The notes below the pieces were generated by a model. It saw nothing but the letters and a program-made list of their open reading frames with translations. It did no database searches and had not been told where the DNA came from. Below are positions 34,716 to 43,428 of a stretch of DNA of 64,000 bases, piece by piece. How positions within the stretch are numbered: the stretch's first letter is position 1; the number at the start of each line of letters is the position of its first letter. The translations under genes and the position numbers were made by a program. The stretch comes from an uncultured Dehalococcoidaceae bacterium. GTDB lineage: Bacteria; Chloroflexota; Dehalococcoidia; Dehalococcoidales; RBG-16-60-22. The stretch spans positions 15,043 through 79,042 of the forward strand of contig CAZLEY010000006.1 in the NCBI GenBank assembly GCA_964558675.1, read 5' to 3'.

Positions 34716-37160
34716 ATGAGCGCTATAGGAAAAGAGCTTAGAAAATCGGGTGTTGACATTATCGGTGATGTTCCCTGGGACACACACCTCTGTTTATTCT
34801 ACCAGACCAGCGAGGACATGCTTAACCTGCTGGTGCCCTACTTTAAAGCCGGGTTAAAAAATAACGAATTTTGCCTCTGGGTTACTTCGGAGCCTTTAGA
34901 TAAAGAGTCTGTCGAAAAGGCGTTAAGAAAGTCCATCAGTAATTTTGATAAATACCTGGAAAAGGGACAAGTAGAGATAATCCCTCATACCGAATGGTAT
35001 CTCAAGGGGGGTACCCTTGACCTGCAACGAGTTACCGAGGGCTGGTCAAACAAACTAAACCAGGCCCTCGCCAGCGGTTACGACGGCATGAGGATGTCAG
35101 CCAATACTTCCTGGCTTGAAAAAAAGGACTGGCCGCAATTCATGGAATATGTAAAGGCAGGGCAGGATACCATCGGCAAGGGCAACTGGCTCTCTATATG
35201 CGCTTATTCTCTTAATAAGTGTGGGGCACCTGAAATCATAGACGTGGTCAGTAACCACCAGTTCGCTCTCATCAGGCGAGGTGACAAATGGGATACCATC
35301 GAGAGATACGAGCGCAACCGGATGAAGAATGAACTGGACAGGCGCGTGAAAGAGCTCAGGTGTCTCTACGATGTTGCCAACATCAGCGGAGCACCGGATA
35401 TCACGCTATATCAAAGGTTTGAAGAGATAACCAATCTGCTCCCCAGAGCCTTTCAATATCCCGATATTGCCTTTGCCAGAATTGCCATCAATGGGCGTGA
35501 GTTCAAGTCAGGTAACTGTAGCAAGACCAAGTGGCGGATGTCCGCAGACATTATCGTGCGTGGAGAGAAAGTAGGGACTGTAGAAGTCGGCTATGTGAAA
35601 GCGCCATCTAATACCGACAACAACCTTTTCTCGAAAGAAGAAAGGCTATTGCTTGACGCCGTCGCCGAGCGCCTTGGGATAATTGCGGAACACAGGCAGA
35701 TAGAAGAGGCCTTGCGGGAATCCGAGGAAAAATTCTCGAAGGCCTTTCACTCAAGCCCGGCTATCTTCTCCATTTCCACGTTAAAAGATGGGAAATTCAT
35801 TGAAGTTAATGATAGTTATACTAATTTTACCGGTTACTCCCGTGAAGAGACTATCGGCCGCACCTCGATTGAAACAGGCAACTGGATGTTTGCCGAGAAC
35901 CGTAATAGAATGCTGAAGTTACTGAAGGAAGAAGGCAGAGTTCGAAATCTGGAAGTTGAATCACGCCATAAATCAGGCGAAGTACGCATATCCCAGCTTT
36001 CCGCCGAGCTTATCAACATCGGCGAGGAACCGTGTGTTATTGCCGTTGTAAATGACATTACCGAGCGAAAACAGTCCGAAGAGCTGCTTAAGACAGTTTC
36101 CTTCAATTCACCGCTGGGCATCTATATTGTGCAGGATGATAAGCTTCAATATACCAACCCGCAATTTCAGAAGCTTACTGGCTACAGCGAAAAGGAGTTG
36201 TTGGGCAGAGACCTCCTCAGCCTTGTCGCTATTGAAGACAGCGACGCGGTAAAGTCAAGCACGGTATTCACTCTTCAGGAAAAGAACCCCTACCCGTGCG
36301 AATACAGGATTCTCAACAAGAATGGTCAGATAAAATGGGTCCTGCAGACCGTTTCCCCTATCCACTACCAGGGCAGAGAAGCAATACTCGGAAACCTCAT
36401 GGACATCACCGAACGCAAGTATCTTGAGAGGAAAGTCATTGAATATGAAGAACTGAGCAAAATGAAGAGTGACCTCCTGGCCACGGTCTCGCACGAACTC
36501 CGCACCCCGCTGGCGACAATAAAAGGCTACTCCACCATGATGATTGACTACTTCTCCAAGCTCACTTCTCATGAAAAAAGGGATTATCTAAAATCCATAG
36601 ACCATTCAACAGACCGGCTGGCTATACTTGTCGACAACCTGCTGGACACGTCGCGAATGGAGGCCGGACTGCTGAAACTGGAAAAGGCTCCAACCAGCGT
36701 ATCCAGACTTATCCGTGGCGTTGCTACCGAAGCGGGAATCAGAGACAATGAACATCACATCGTTACCATGCTGTCAAAGAAACTGCCCAAGCTAAACATC
36801 GACGCCAAACGTATTCGGCAGGTTCTGGACAACCTTATTGATAACGCCATCAAATACTCTCCAAAAGGAACGGAAGTAGTAATATCAACCCGACAATCCA
36901 GCCAGGAGCTCCTCGTCAGCATTGCCGACCAGGGCTCAGGTATACCTGCGGAGGAGTTGACCAATATCTTCGACCGGATGTACCGGATCGAGCAAAGGCT
37001 GTCTTCAGGCGTAGAGGGTATCGGGCTGGGACTATATATATGCCGGCGGCTGGTAGAAGCGCACGGTGGCCACATCTGGGTAGAGAGTAAACTGGGAAAA
37101 GGAAGTACGGTCTACTTCACCCTTCCTATAGATAATGCGGCCCAGATAGTAAAACAATGA
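34716..37160 (+). CDS. Cytoplasmic sensor histidine kinase: MEDS domain, GAF-like, two PAS, HisKA, HATPase_c
   Basis: 814 aa with no TM segment. The N-terminal THLCLFYQTSEDMLNLLVPYFKAGLKNNEFCLWV...LSICAYSLNKC..EIIDVVSNHQFALI fits the MEDS pattern. H-box [19 protein letters not shown], plus [18 protein letters not shown]. Confidence 0.85.
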   Translation: MSAIGKELRKSGVDIIGDVPWDTHLCLFYQTSEDMLNLLVPYFKAGLKNNEFCLWVTSEPLDKESVEKALRKSISNFDKYLEKGQVEIIPHTEWYLKGGTLDLQRVTEGWSNKLNQALASGYDGMRMSANTSWLEKKDWPQFMEYVKAGQDTIGKGNWLSICAYSLNKCGAPEIIDVVSNHQFALIRRGDKWDTIERYERNRMKNELDRRVKELRCLYDVANISGAPDITLYQRFEEITNLLPRAFQYPDIAFARIAINGREFKSGNCSKTKWRMSADIIVRGEKVGTVEVGYVKAPSNTDNNLFSKEERLLLDAVAERLGIIAEHRQIEEALRESEEKFSKAFHSSPAIFSISTLKDGKFIEVNDSYTNFTGYSREETIGRTSIETGNWMFAENRNRMLKLLKEEGRVRNLEVESRHKSGEVRISQLSAELINIGEEPCVIAVVNDITERKQSEELLKTVSFNSPLGIYIVQDDKLQYTNPQFQKLTGYSEKELLGRDLLSLVAIEDSDAVKSSTVFTLQEKNPYPCEYRILNKNGQIKWVLQTVSPIHYQGREAILGNLMDITERKYLERKVIEYEELSKMKSDLLATVSHELRTPLATIKGYSTMMIDYFSKLTSHEKRDYLKSIDHSTDRLAILVDNLLDTSRMEAGLLKLEKAPTSVSRLIRGVATEAGIRDNEHHIVTMLSKKLPKLNIDAKRIRQVLDNLIDNAIKYSPKGTEVVISTRQSSQELLVSIADQGSGIPAEELTNIFDRMYRIEQRLSSGVEGIGLGLYICRRLVEAHGGHIWVESKLGKGSTVYFTLPIDNAAQIVKQ
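35688..36071 (+). repeat. PAS module copy 5 of 5
   Basis: [60 protein letters not shown]...IAVVNDITERK. Same 128-codon length as copies 1-4. Confidence 0.75.
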
Positions 37161-37230
37161 AAGAAAAATCAACTAAAGACGAAAGTCGTTGTTGAGGACG
37201 TAGTCCTTCACCAGAAAGAGAGGTGTTATC

Positions 37231-37929
37231 ATGTCCTCAAAAAAAGCATTAGTTCTGGTTGTCGATGATGACGTTAGGATGTTAAGAATGATGAAGCGTA
37301 TGCTTGAGCTTGAGGGTTTTGATACGCTTATAGCTAATAGCGGCGAAGCCGCCCTGAAAGTCTTCGAGAAGGAAAGCCCAGACCTGGTATTGCTGGACAT
37401 CATGATGCCGGATATGAACGGCTATATAGTATGCCAGCATATCCGCGAATTTTCACAGGTACCTATCATAATGGTTACCGCTATGGGTGATGACAAGGAG
37501 AAGGTTGAAGGGTTAGATATTGGAGCTGATGACTACGTAACCAAACCCTTCTCCGCAAGTGAGCTGGCCGCGCGAGTCAGGGCGGTTTTGCGCCGTATCG
37601 GCCCCCAGGATGAGCCCCCCGGTGCCATATTCCAATATAAGGACCTGGTAATAGACTTCGCGTCACGCAGGGTCACCCTCAGCGGTCAAGAGCTGATACT
37701 CACCTCTACGGAATACAGGTTGTTGTCTTACGTCTCCCGGAATGCCGGCCGTGTCGTAACTCCAGACCAATTACTGGATAAGGTGTGGGGTGAAGAATAT
37801 ATCGGCGCCCCACATCTCCTCCAGGTAAATATCGCCCGCCTCAGGAAAAAGCTGGGAGATGACGCCAAGCATCCCACCTATATACTGACCAGACCTGGTA
37901 TAGGGTATATCATGTCAAAGCCTGTATGA
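37231..37929 (+). CDS. OmpR/PhoB-family response regulator (receiver + winged-helix DNA-binding domain)
   Basis: VLVVDDDVRML, LVLLDIMMPDMNG, MVTAMG, DYVTKPF. C-terminal LTSTEYRLLSYVSRNAGRVVTPDQLLDKVWG...RPGIGY. Confidence 0.9.
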   Translation: MSSKKALVLVVDDDVRMLRMMKRMLELEGFDTLIANSGEAALKVFEKESPDLVLLDIMMPDMNGYIVCQHIREFSQVPIIMVTAMGDDKEKVEGLDIGADDYVTKPFSASELAARVRAVLRRIGPQDEPPGAIFQYKDLVIDFASRRVTLSGQELILTSTEYRLLSYVSRNAGRVVTPDQLLDKVWGEEYIGAPHLLQVNIARLRKKLGDDAKHPTYILTRPGIGYIMSKPV

Positions 37930-37969
37930 TTATGTAGCGGCTATCATGCAGCAAAGGCAATAGCATTAA

Positions 37970-38004
37970 GGGAGTCTTCCAAATACGGGAAGGCTCTCTT
38001 TTTA
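37970..38004 (+). terminator. Rho-independent terminator after the OmpR-family gene
   Basis: Stem GGAGTCTTCC (37971-37980) / GGAAGGCTCT (37988-37997), 8 of 10 bp paired, with a 7-nt loop, followed by CTTTTT. Confidence 0.6.
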
Positions 38005-38469
38005 CTCGGTGTGACTGCCAAAGCCTTAATACTTTTGATTTTTCTGTGAGGATTTAGCTGTCCATTATGCCACCAGGGTGCGTAATCCTGAACCAACCGT
38101 GACTATTTTGTGAGTCTTTAGAACCCATTTTTGACGCTGTTGTGAGCCGGCTTGAGTAAGGTTAGCAGTGTGAGGTGGCGAAAATGGAAACAGCACTAAT
38201 ATGGAAAGACGCCAAGTCCTTCAGGCAACATATCGCTGCTATGAGGGTATTTAGCCAGTCACACCCCAGTAATCCGCAGGGCAGATACAACACACTCAAG
38301 GGCATACCGAATCCATGCAACATCCATCCTACGGGTAAATCAGCAGGAACCAGCGGCTTCATCACCACCAGAGGCAAGCCAGCTCTTGCCCCCATATGGG
38401 AGATAGAATTGCCCAGAGGCTCGCAGAACTGAAAGGCGACGATTTCTGGTATCAAGATAAGGGGACACT

Positions 38470-38871
38470 TTGTCGGCAATGAATGACCGCCAACGCATTA
38501 TGGTGGTAGATGATAACCAGGAGATGCTGAACCTGCTTAATCGCACCCTGGAACTGGAAGGCTTCGAACCCGTTGTCGTCGCCGATGGCAACTCAGCACT
38601 GACACTGCTGGACGAAATGGAACCAGACCTAGTTATTCTGGACTCAATCATGCCTGGGCTTGACAGTCTTCTGATGCTTGACCTGATACGAGGGCGTTCC
38701 AACATTCCTATTATCATGCTTACCGAAGAATATGATATGGAAACACTACGAAGGGTTTTGACTCTCGGCGCCGACGATTATATTCGAAAGCCCTTCAGCA
38801 CACGGGAATTCATGGCCCGCATCCGGGCGAAGCTGAGACGCACCCAACCAAAAGCCCGGACGCCTCAATAA
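38470..38871 (+). CDS. Single-domain response regulator (receiver only)
   Basis: RIMVVDDNQEML, LVILDSIMPGLDS, IIMLTEE, DYIRKPF. TTG start 7 nt after an AAGGGGA SD (alternative ATG at 38479). Confidence 0.85.
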   Translation: MSAMNDRQRIMVVDDNQEMLNLLNRTLELEGFEPVVVADGNSALTLLDEMEPDLVILDSIMPGLDSLLMLDLIRGRSNIPIIMLTEEYDMETLRRVLTLGADDYIRKPFSTREFMARIRAKLRRTQPKARTPQ

Positions 38872-39025
38872 AAGGACCTGCCAGAACACCCCTGACTGCA
38901 TATCCTCAATCATGGCAAAGTATGCTTCAGGGGCAAATCCCGCCATTGTCCTGAACGCCTGACTCACTCCACATCCTCAAAATTCTGCTTAATCCACGTA
39001 TAAACAGGCAGCCTATTCAAGTTTC

Positions 39026-39055
39026 TTGACAATTAAAAATACCAAGCATTATAAT
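39026..39055 (+). promoter_or_regulatory. Near-consensus sigma70 promoter for dctQM
   Basis: TTGACA (39026-39031), 18 nt, TATAAT (39050-39055). Confidence 0.6.
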
Positions 39056-39112
39056 AGGCCAACGTATTTGTCTGTTACCATTTAATAAGTACCTGTATAT
39101 GGACTGATTACC

Positions 39113-39730
39113 ATGAATCAAGATACCCAGCCAATAGACGATAAAGAGCCAGCTGCACCGTATGCAGCAAGAGTCGCTAAAGAACAGCCAGAAACGCCGA
39201 AGGACGAGGAGCAAAGTGTTGATACCACAACGCCTAATTTCTATCGTTCGACAGCGAGAGTCATAGAAATAGTAAGCGAGACAATGGGGGTGGTGGCGGT
39301 TGTAGTTCTGGCGTTCATGATGATGTTGACCGTCACCGATGTTTGCCTGCGTTATTTCTTCGACCGTCCCATAATGGCCAGCTCGGAAATCACCGAGTAC
39401 ATGATGGTTATCGTGGGATTTCTGGGGATGGCCTGGTGTGCATTGAAGGGGATGCATATCAAGGTGGACCTGATAGTCGGCAGGTGGTCAGAAAAGACTC
39501 AGGTAATCATGAACATCATTAACGCTGTTCTGGTCATCGGTGTATGTGCGCTTATAGCCTCTCAGAGCTTTTTTGAAGGCTTTGCCGCCCGTGATATGGG
39601 CAAGGCTTCTGAAATTACCGATATAGTGGTCTACCCATTTTACTGGTTGATAGTCTTTAGCTATGCCTTACTGCTTTTTGCCATGCTTAACATCCTGGTT
39701 CAGAATATAGTTAAGGTAGTGAAAAAATGA
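39113..39730 (+). CDS. dctQ: TRAP transporter small permease (DctQ family) with a hydrophilic N-terminal extension
   Basis: The core VVLAFMMMLTVTDVCLRYFFDRPIMASSEITEYMMVIVGFLGMAW is DctQ-like with 4 TM segments. The first ~57 residues are acidic/proline-rich, so the true start may be internal. Confidence 0.75.
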   Translation: MNQDTQPIDDKEPAAPYAARVAKEQPETPKDEEQSVDTTTPNFYRSTARVIEIVSETMGVVAVVVLAFMMMLTVTDVCLRYFFDRPIMASSEITEYMMVIVGFLGMAWCALKGMHIKVDLIVGRWSEKTQVIMNIINAVLVIGVCALIASQSFFEGFAARDMGKASEITDIVVYPFYWLIVFSYALLLFAMLNILVQNIVKVVKK

Positions 39731-41022
39731 GTCCGGAGCTAATCGGCGCTATCAGCATCGCTGCCCTCATTATACTCATATTCCTGCGGATATGGATTGG
39801 CGTCTGTATGGTTCTTATCGGCTTTATCGGTTATGGTCTTCTGGGAAGCTGGGACCATGCGCTTCTCCACGCCGGTCTTGAGCCATACAGCAACATAGCT
39901 TTCTACCCCATAACGGTGATACCGCTGTTTATACTCATGGGTGCGGTAGTCTCCAATACGGGAGTAGCCTCAGACCTTTACCAAACCGCCTATACGTGGA
40001 TAGGACGGCTCAGAGGCGGGCTGGCCATGTCTACCGTGGTGGCCTGCGCCGGTTTTGCGGCCATCTGCGGCTCCAGTGCGGCGACAGCCGCTACCATGGG
40101 CAAAGTAGCCCTCCCGGAGATGAAGAAATATAACTACGACGACAAACTGGCTTCCGGCGCCGTTGCTGCCGGAGGCACCATGGGTATCCTCATCCCCCCC
40201 AGTATGGGATTTATCCTGTACGGCATACTCTGTGAAGTAAATATAGGCAAGCTTTTCATGGCAGGTATTATCCCCGGGATTCTTGAGGCTATCTTCTACA
40301 TGGTTACCATCTGGATTATGTGCAAATGGAAGCCAACTATGGGACCTCCAGCCGAAGGAACTACCTTTAAGGCCAAGATTATCTCGCTTAAAGGCACCTG
40401 GGCAATGCTGGCCCTGTTCATACTGGTTATGGGGGGTATCTACAGGGGGATTTTCACCCCCACTGAAGCCGGTTCAATTGGCGCCTTCGGGGCTATCGTC
40501 ATCAGTTTCATCGGCCGAAAGCTCACCTGGACAAACCTGCGCGGCTCTGTCGTAGAGACAGCGCAAACCACGGCCATGATTGTCTTCATGATAGTGGGTG
40601 CTTTTATGCTCATGCGCTTCCTGGCTATAAGCCAGCTGCCATGGGCGATTGGCGATTTCGTCGCTGAGCTGCCTGTCAGCCCGATGTGGGTTCTCCTGGC
40701 TATTATCATAATGTATATAATTCTCGGTTGTTTCCTGGACATTTATGCCGCTATTATCCTCACTGTCCCCATTATCTACCCGGTGGTCCTGGCACTGGGG
40801 TTCGACGTGGTATGGTTCGGGGTGATAATGGTGAGGGTCATGGAGATGGGCCTGGTAACACCGCCGATGGGTATGAATGTCTTTATCCTGGCATCAGTGT
40901 CTGATGTCCCTATTGGCACCATATTCCGCGGTATCATACCATTCGTAATAGCCGACGTCGCACACGTTGCCCTTCTCGTAGCTATTCCTTCGCTCTCACT
41001 CTTCCTGCCAAATACCATGTAG
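39727..41022 (+). CDS. dctM: TRAP transporter large permease (DctM family)
   Basis: 431 aa, polytopic. ATGA overlap with dctQ. Typical GGLAMSTVVACAGFAAICGSSAATAATMG segment. Confidence 0.9.
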   Translation: MSPELIGAISIAALIILIFLRIWIGVCMVLIGFIGYGLLGSWDHALLHAGLEPYSNIAFYPITVIPLFILMGAVVSNTGVASDLYQTAYTWIGRLRGGLAMSTVVACAGFAAICGSSAATAATMGKVALPEMKKYNYDDKLASGAVAAGGTMGILIPPSMGFILYGILCEVNIGKLFMAGIIPGILEAIFYMVTIWIMCKWKPTMGPPAEGTTFKAKIISLKGTWAMLALFILVMGGIYRGIFTPTEAGSIGAFGAIVISFIGRKLTWTNLRGSVVETAQTTAMIVFMIVGAFMLMRFLAISQLPWAIGDFVAELPVSPMWVLLAIIIMYIILGCFLDIYAAIILTVPIIYPVVLALGFDVVWFGVIMVRVMEMGLVTPPMGMNVFILASVSDVPIGTIFRGIIPFVIADVAHVALLVAIPSLSLFLPNTM

Positions 41023-41109
41023 AAAATGGCAGCCCACATAGACTGAGTAATCAGCGCCAGCCGCATTCCTGTTTGCCTGGCATTCCTACCTGACCGGCAA
41101 AGAACCAGC

Positions 41110-41138
41110 TTGAATTCTTATGTCCAATACTGTATATT
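41110..41138 (+). promoter_or_regulatory. Promoter of the riboswitch-controlled B12 operon
   Basis: TTGAAT (41110-41115), 17 nt ending in TG (extended -10), TATATT (41133-41138). It lies ~20 nt upstream of the riboswitch. Confidence 0.55.
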
Positions 41139-41157
41139 GGAATAAAACTGTATAAGT

Positions 41158-41290
41158 AAACAGGGGTGCCCTAGCGCGAGCGAAGGCCTAACTGGAGGGC
41201 AAGTCGGTGCGAATCCGACGCGGCCGCGCCACTGTAATTGATTCTTCCGCAGAAGAATCATAAGCCAGAACGCCAGCCTCTGCACAGCCT
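41158..41290 (+). promoter_or_regulatory. Cobalamin (B12) riboswitch aptamer
   Basis: Conserved core GGTGCGAATCCGACGCGGCCGCGCCACTGTAA (41206-41237). A hairpin GATTCTTC-CGCA-GAAGAATC is followed by the B12-box-like AAGCCAGAACGCCAGCC (41262-41278). Located upstream of a btuF-like gene. Confidence 0.85.
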
Positions 41291-41336
41291 ACAGAACTCC
41301 GCGGGGAGTGGTAGGAATTTTTATTAATTCCTGATT

Positions 41337-41370
41337 ACCCTTCGGCTGGAGTCGAGGGATTTATTTTTTA
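41337..41370 (+). terminator. Riboswitch expression-platform terminator candidate
   Basis: Stem CCCT(T)CG / CGAGGG with an 8-nt loop, followed by ATTTATTTTTT. A second perfect 7-bp hairpin AGGAATT/AATTCCT lies at 41313-41332. The SD and ATG at 41385 follow immediately. Confidence 0.5.
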
Positions 41371-41384
41371 TAAGTGAGGTGCTT

Positions 41385-42323
41385 ATGAAAAAGAGGCTCG
41401 GAAAACTTGTTGTCATTTACCTGGCTTCAGCCCTGGTCATGAGTATTCTCGCATCCTGCACATCACCGCTGGAAAAAGAGCCACCAGCTGAAATCACAGA
41501 CCAGCTGGGAAGAACCGTAGCCCTGGACAAGCTCCCCCAGAGAATAATTTCCCTGGCACCGAGTAATACCGAGATTCTCTTCGCGCTGGGCCTGGCCGAC
41601 CGTGTGGTCGCCATCACCGATCACTGCAACTACCCACCGGAGGCTGCGGAAAAAGCGAGTATCGGCGGCTTCAGCACGCCTAACATCGAGGAAATAGTTG
41701 CCCTCTCCCCCGACCTGATATTAGCCACTTCAATGCACGAAGACAAAATTATCCCGCAGCTTGAGAGCAAAGGCCTGACGGTCGTAGCCCTGGACCCCGA
41801 GACGATTGACGAGGTAATATCTGCTATCACACTGGTAGGACAGGTTACCGGAACAGAGGAAGAGGCTTCCGACCTGCTTGCAGATATGCGGAGTCGGGTT
41901 AAGGCGGTAACCGATAAGACAGAGGGGCTGCCGCCGGAGCAGAGACCATCAACCTGCTATATCGTCTGGCACGACCCGCTGATGATAGCCAATTTCGACA
42001 CCCTGCAGGATGAACTGATAGATATGGCCGGTGGCCTGAACATGGTCGGGAAGCTTAGTTCAAAGAGCGGCTATGCCGAAATCAGTTTGGAGACGTTTAT
42101 TGCGGCCAACCCGGCGGTAATCATCGCTGGTGCCGGTCACGGCAGCGGGGAAGACCAGACCTTTCAGTATGCCAAAGCTGAGTCGAGGTTGAGGGAAACC
42201 GATGCACGCCGGAATGACCGTGTCTATGCCATCGACGCTGACCTGGCCAGCCGCCCCGGCCCGCGCATAGTTGAGGGACTGGAACTGTTTGCCCGATTCA
42301 TCCATCCTGAGTCATTTGAATAG
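41385..42323 (+). CDS. btuF: Cobalamin/siderophore-type ABC substrate-binding lipoprotein (BtuF-like)
   Basis: Lipobox ILASC after a hydrophobic signal sequence. RIISLAPSNTEILFALGLADRVVAITDHCNYP is typical of BtuF/FhuD class III binding proteins. ATG 41385 follows an AAGTGAGG SD. Confidence 0.8.
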   Translation: MKKRLGKLVVIYLASALVMSILASCTSPLEKEPPAEITDQLGRTVALDKLPQRIISLAPSNTEILFALGLADRVVAITDHCNYPPEAAEKASIGGFSTPNIEEIVALSPDLILATSMHEDKIIPQLESKGLTVVALDPETIDEVISAITLVGQVTGTEEEASDLLADMRSRVKAVTDKTEGLPPEQRPSTCYIVWHDPLMIANFDTLQDELIDMAGGLNMVGKLSSKSGYAEISLETFIAANPAVIIAGAGHGSGEDQTFQYAKAESRLRETDARRNDRVYAIDADLASRPGPRIVEGLELFARFIHPESFE

Positions 42324-42337
42324 GCTGGGGAGAGTTA

Positions 42338-43420
42338 TTGAATATACCCCGTAAACCAACTGACATAGAGCTCACAAGCCATTACTTATCGGGCAGGCGT
42401 ACCCGCGTATACAGCATTCTGGGGTTATCTATCTTACTGGTTGCGGTTATTGCACTGGCGACGAGTGTAGGCAGTGTGCACATCCCGCTTCTGACCACGT
42501 TCCGTATTCTTCTGGATAAGCTGCCGTTAGTTGATATCGCTCAGACGTGGCAGAGTGCCATCGCTACTATTATACTGGAAGTCCGCCTGCCCCGGGTCAT
42601 TCTCGCCGGACTGGTGGGGGCCGCTCTGGCGACGGCCGGCGCCACTTACCAGGGACTCTTTCGTAATCCCCTGGCCGACCCATATCTCATCGGCGTGGCC
42701 CAGGGGGCATCACTGGGGGCCGTTGTCGGCTTCCTGCTGCCGGTCACCTGGCACAGCTTTGGCTTCGGCATCATTCCCCTTCTCGCATTCACCGGAGCCA
42801 TGGTCAGCACCATTGCCGTCTATCTCCTTGCCCGGACAGGCAAGACGCTACCCGTTACCACCCTTATCCTGGCCGGTGTGGCGTTAGGCGCATTACTGGG
42901 GTCAATCGTTTCCTACCTCGTTATTTCCAGCGGGGAAAAGATGCACGGCATCATCTTCTGGATGATGGGCAGCTTCTCCCTGAGCCAGTGGTCAGAGGTA
43001 ACGATTGTCCTGCCCTACGTAGCCGTGGGGACGGCTGTTATTATTGTCTTCGCCCGGCTGCTTAATGTCATGCAGCTTGATGAAGAGCAGGCCCAGCAGC
43101 TGGGTGTTAACGTGGAAAGACTCAAGATAATCCTGCTGGCGGCCGCCACGCTGATTACCGCCGCCAGCGTTTCTTTCGTGGGTACTATCGGCTTTGTCGG
43201 CATCATCATTCCCCATGCCGTCCGGCTGATATGGGGCGCCGACCACCGTTTTTTACTACCCCTGTCGGTGCTGACCGGAGCTATCTTTATGATACTGGCC
43301 GACCTTGTTGCGCGCATCGTCATGGCACCTACGGAGATACCCATCGGGGTTATTACCGCCATCTGCGGCGCCCCGTTCTTCCTTTACCTGCTGCGGCGCC
43401 GTAAAAAAGTCATCTTCTGA
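42338..43420 (+). CDS. btuC: FecCD-family ABC permease (BtuC-like)
   Basis: 360 aa, ~9-10 TM segments. RLPRVILAGLVGAALATAGATYQGLFRNPLADPYLIG signature. TTG start after a GGGGAGAG SD. Confidence 0.85.
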   Translation: MNIPRKPTDIELTSHYLSGRRTRVYSILGLSILLVAVIALATSVGSVHIPLLTTFRILLDKLPLVDIAQTWQSAIATIILEVRLPRVILAGLVGAALATAGATYQGLFRNPLADPYLIGVAQGASLGAVVGFLLPVTWHSFGFGIIPLLAFTGAMVSTIAVYLLARTGKTLPVTTLILAGVALGALLGSIVSYLVISSGEKMHGIIFWMMGSFSLSQWSEVTIVLPYVAVGTAVIIVFARLLNVMQLDEEQAQQLGVNVERLKIILLAAATLITAASVSFVGTIGFVGIIIPHAVRLIWGADHRFLLPLSVLTGAIFMILADLVARIVMAPTEIPIGVITAICGAPFFLYLLRRRKKVIF

Positions 43421-43428
43421 GGTCTGAT

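Noticed and set aside
38162-38479. Track ORFs 38175-38432 (+, 85 aa) and 38162-38479 (-, 105 aa)
   Set aside because: They are mutually overlapping, have no SD, and show unusual composition with no family resemblance that I can see. They are kept only as part of the unexplained-gap finding.
41206-41237. GGTGCGAATCC string resembling a tRNA T-arm
   Set aside because: No acceptor or anticodon arms can be drawn around it. The context (CCACTGTAA, a B12 box, a btuF gene downstream) identifies a cobalamin riboswitch core.
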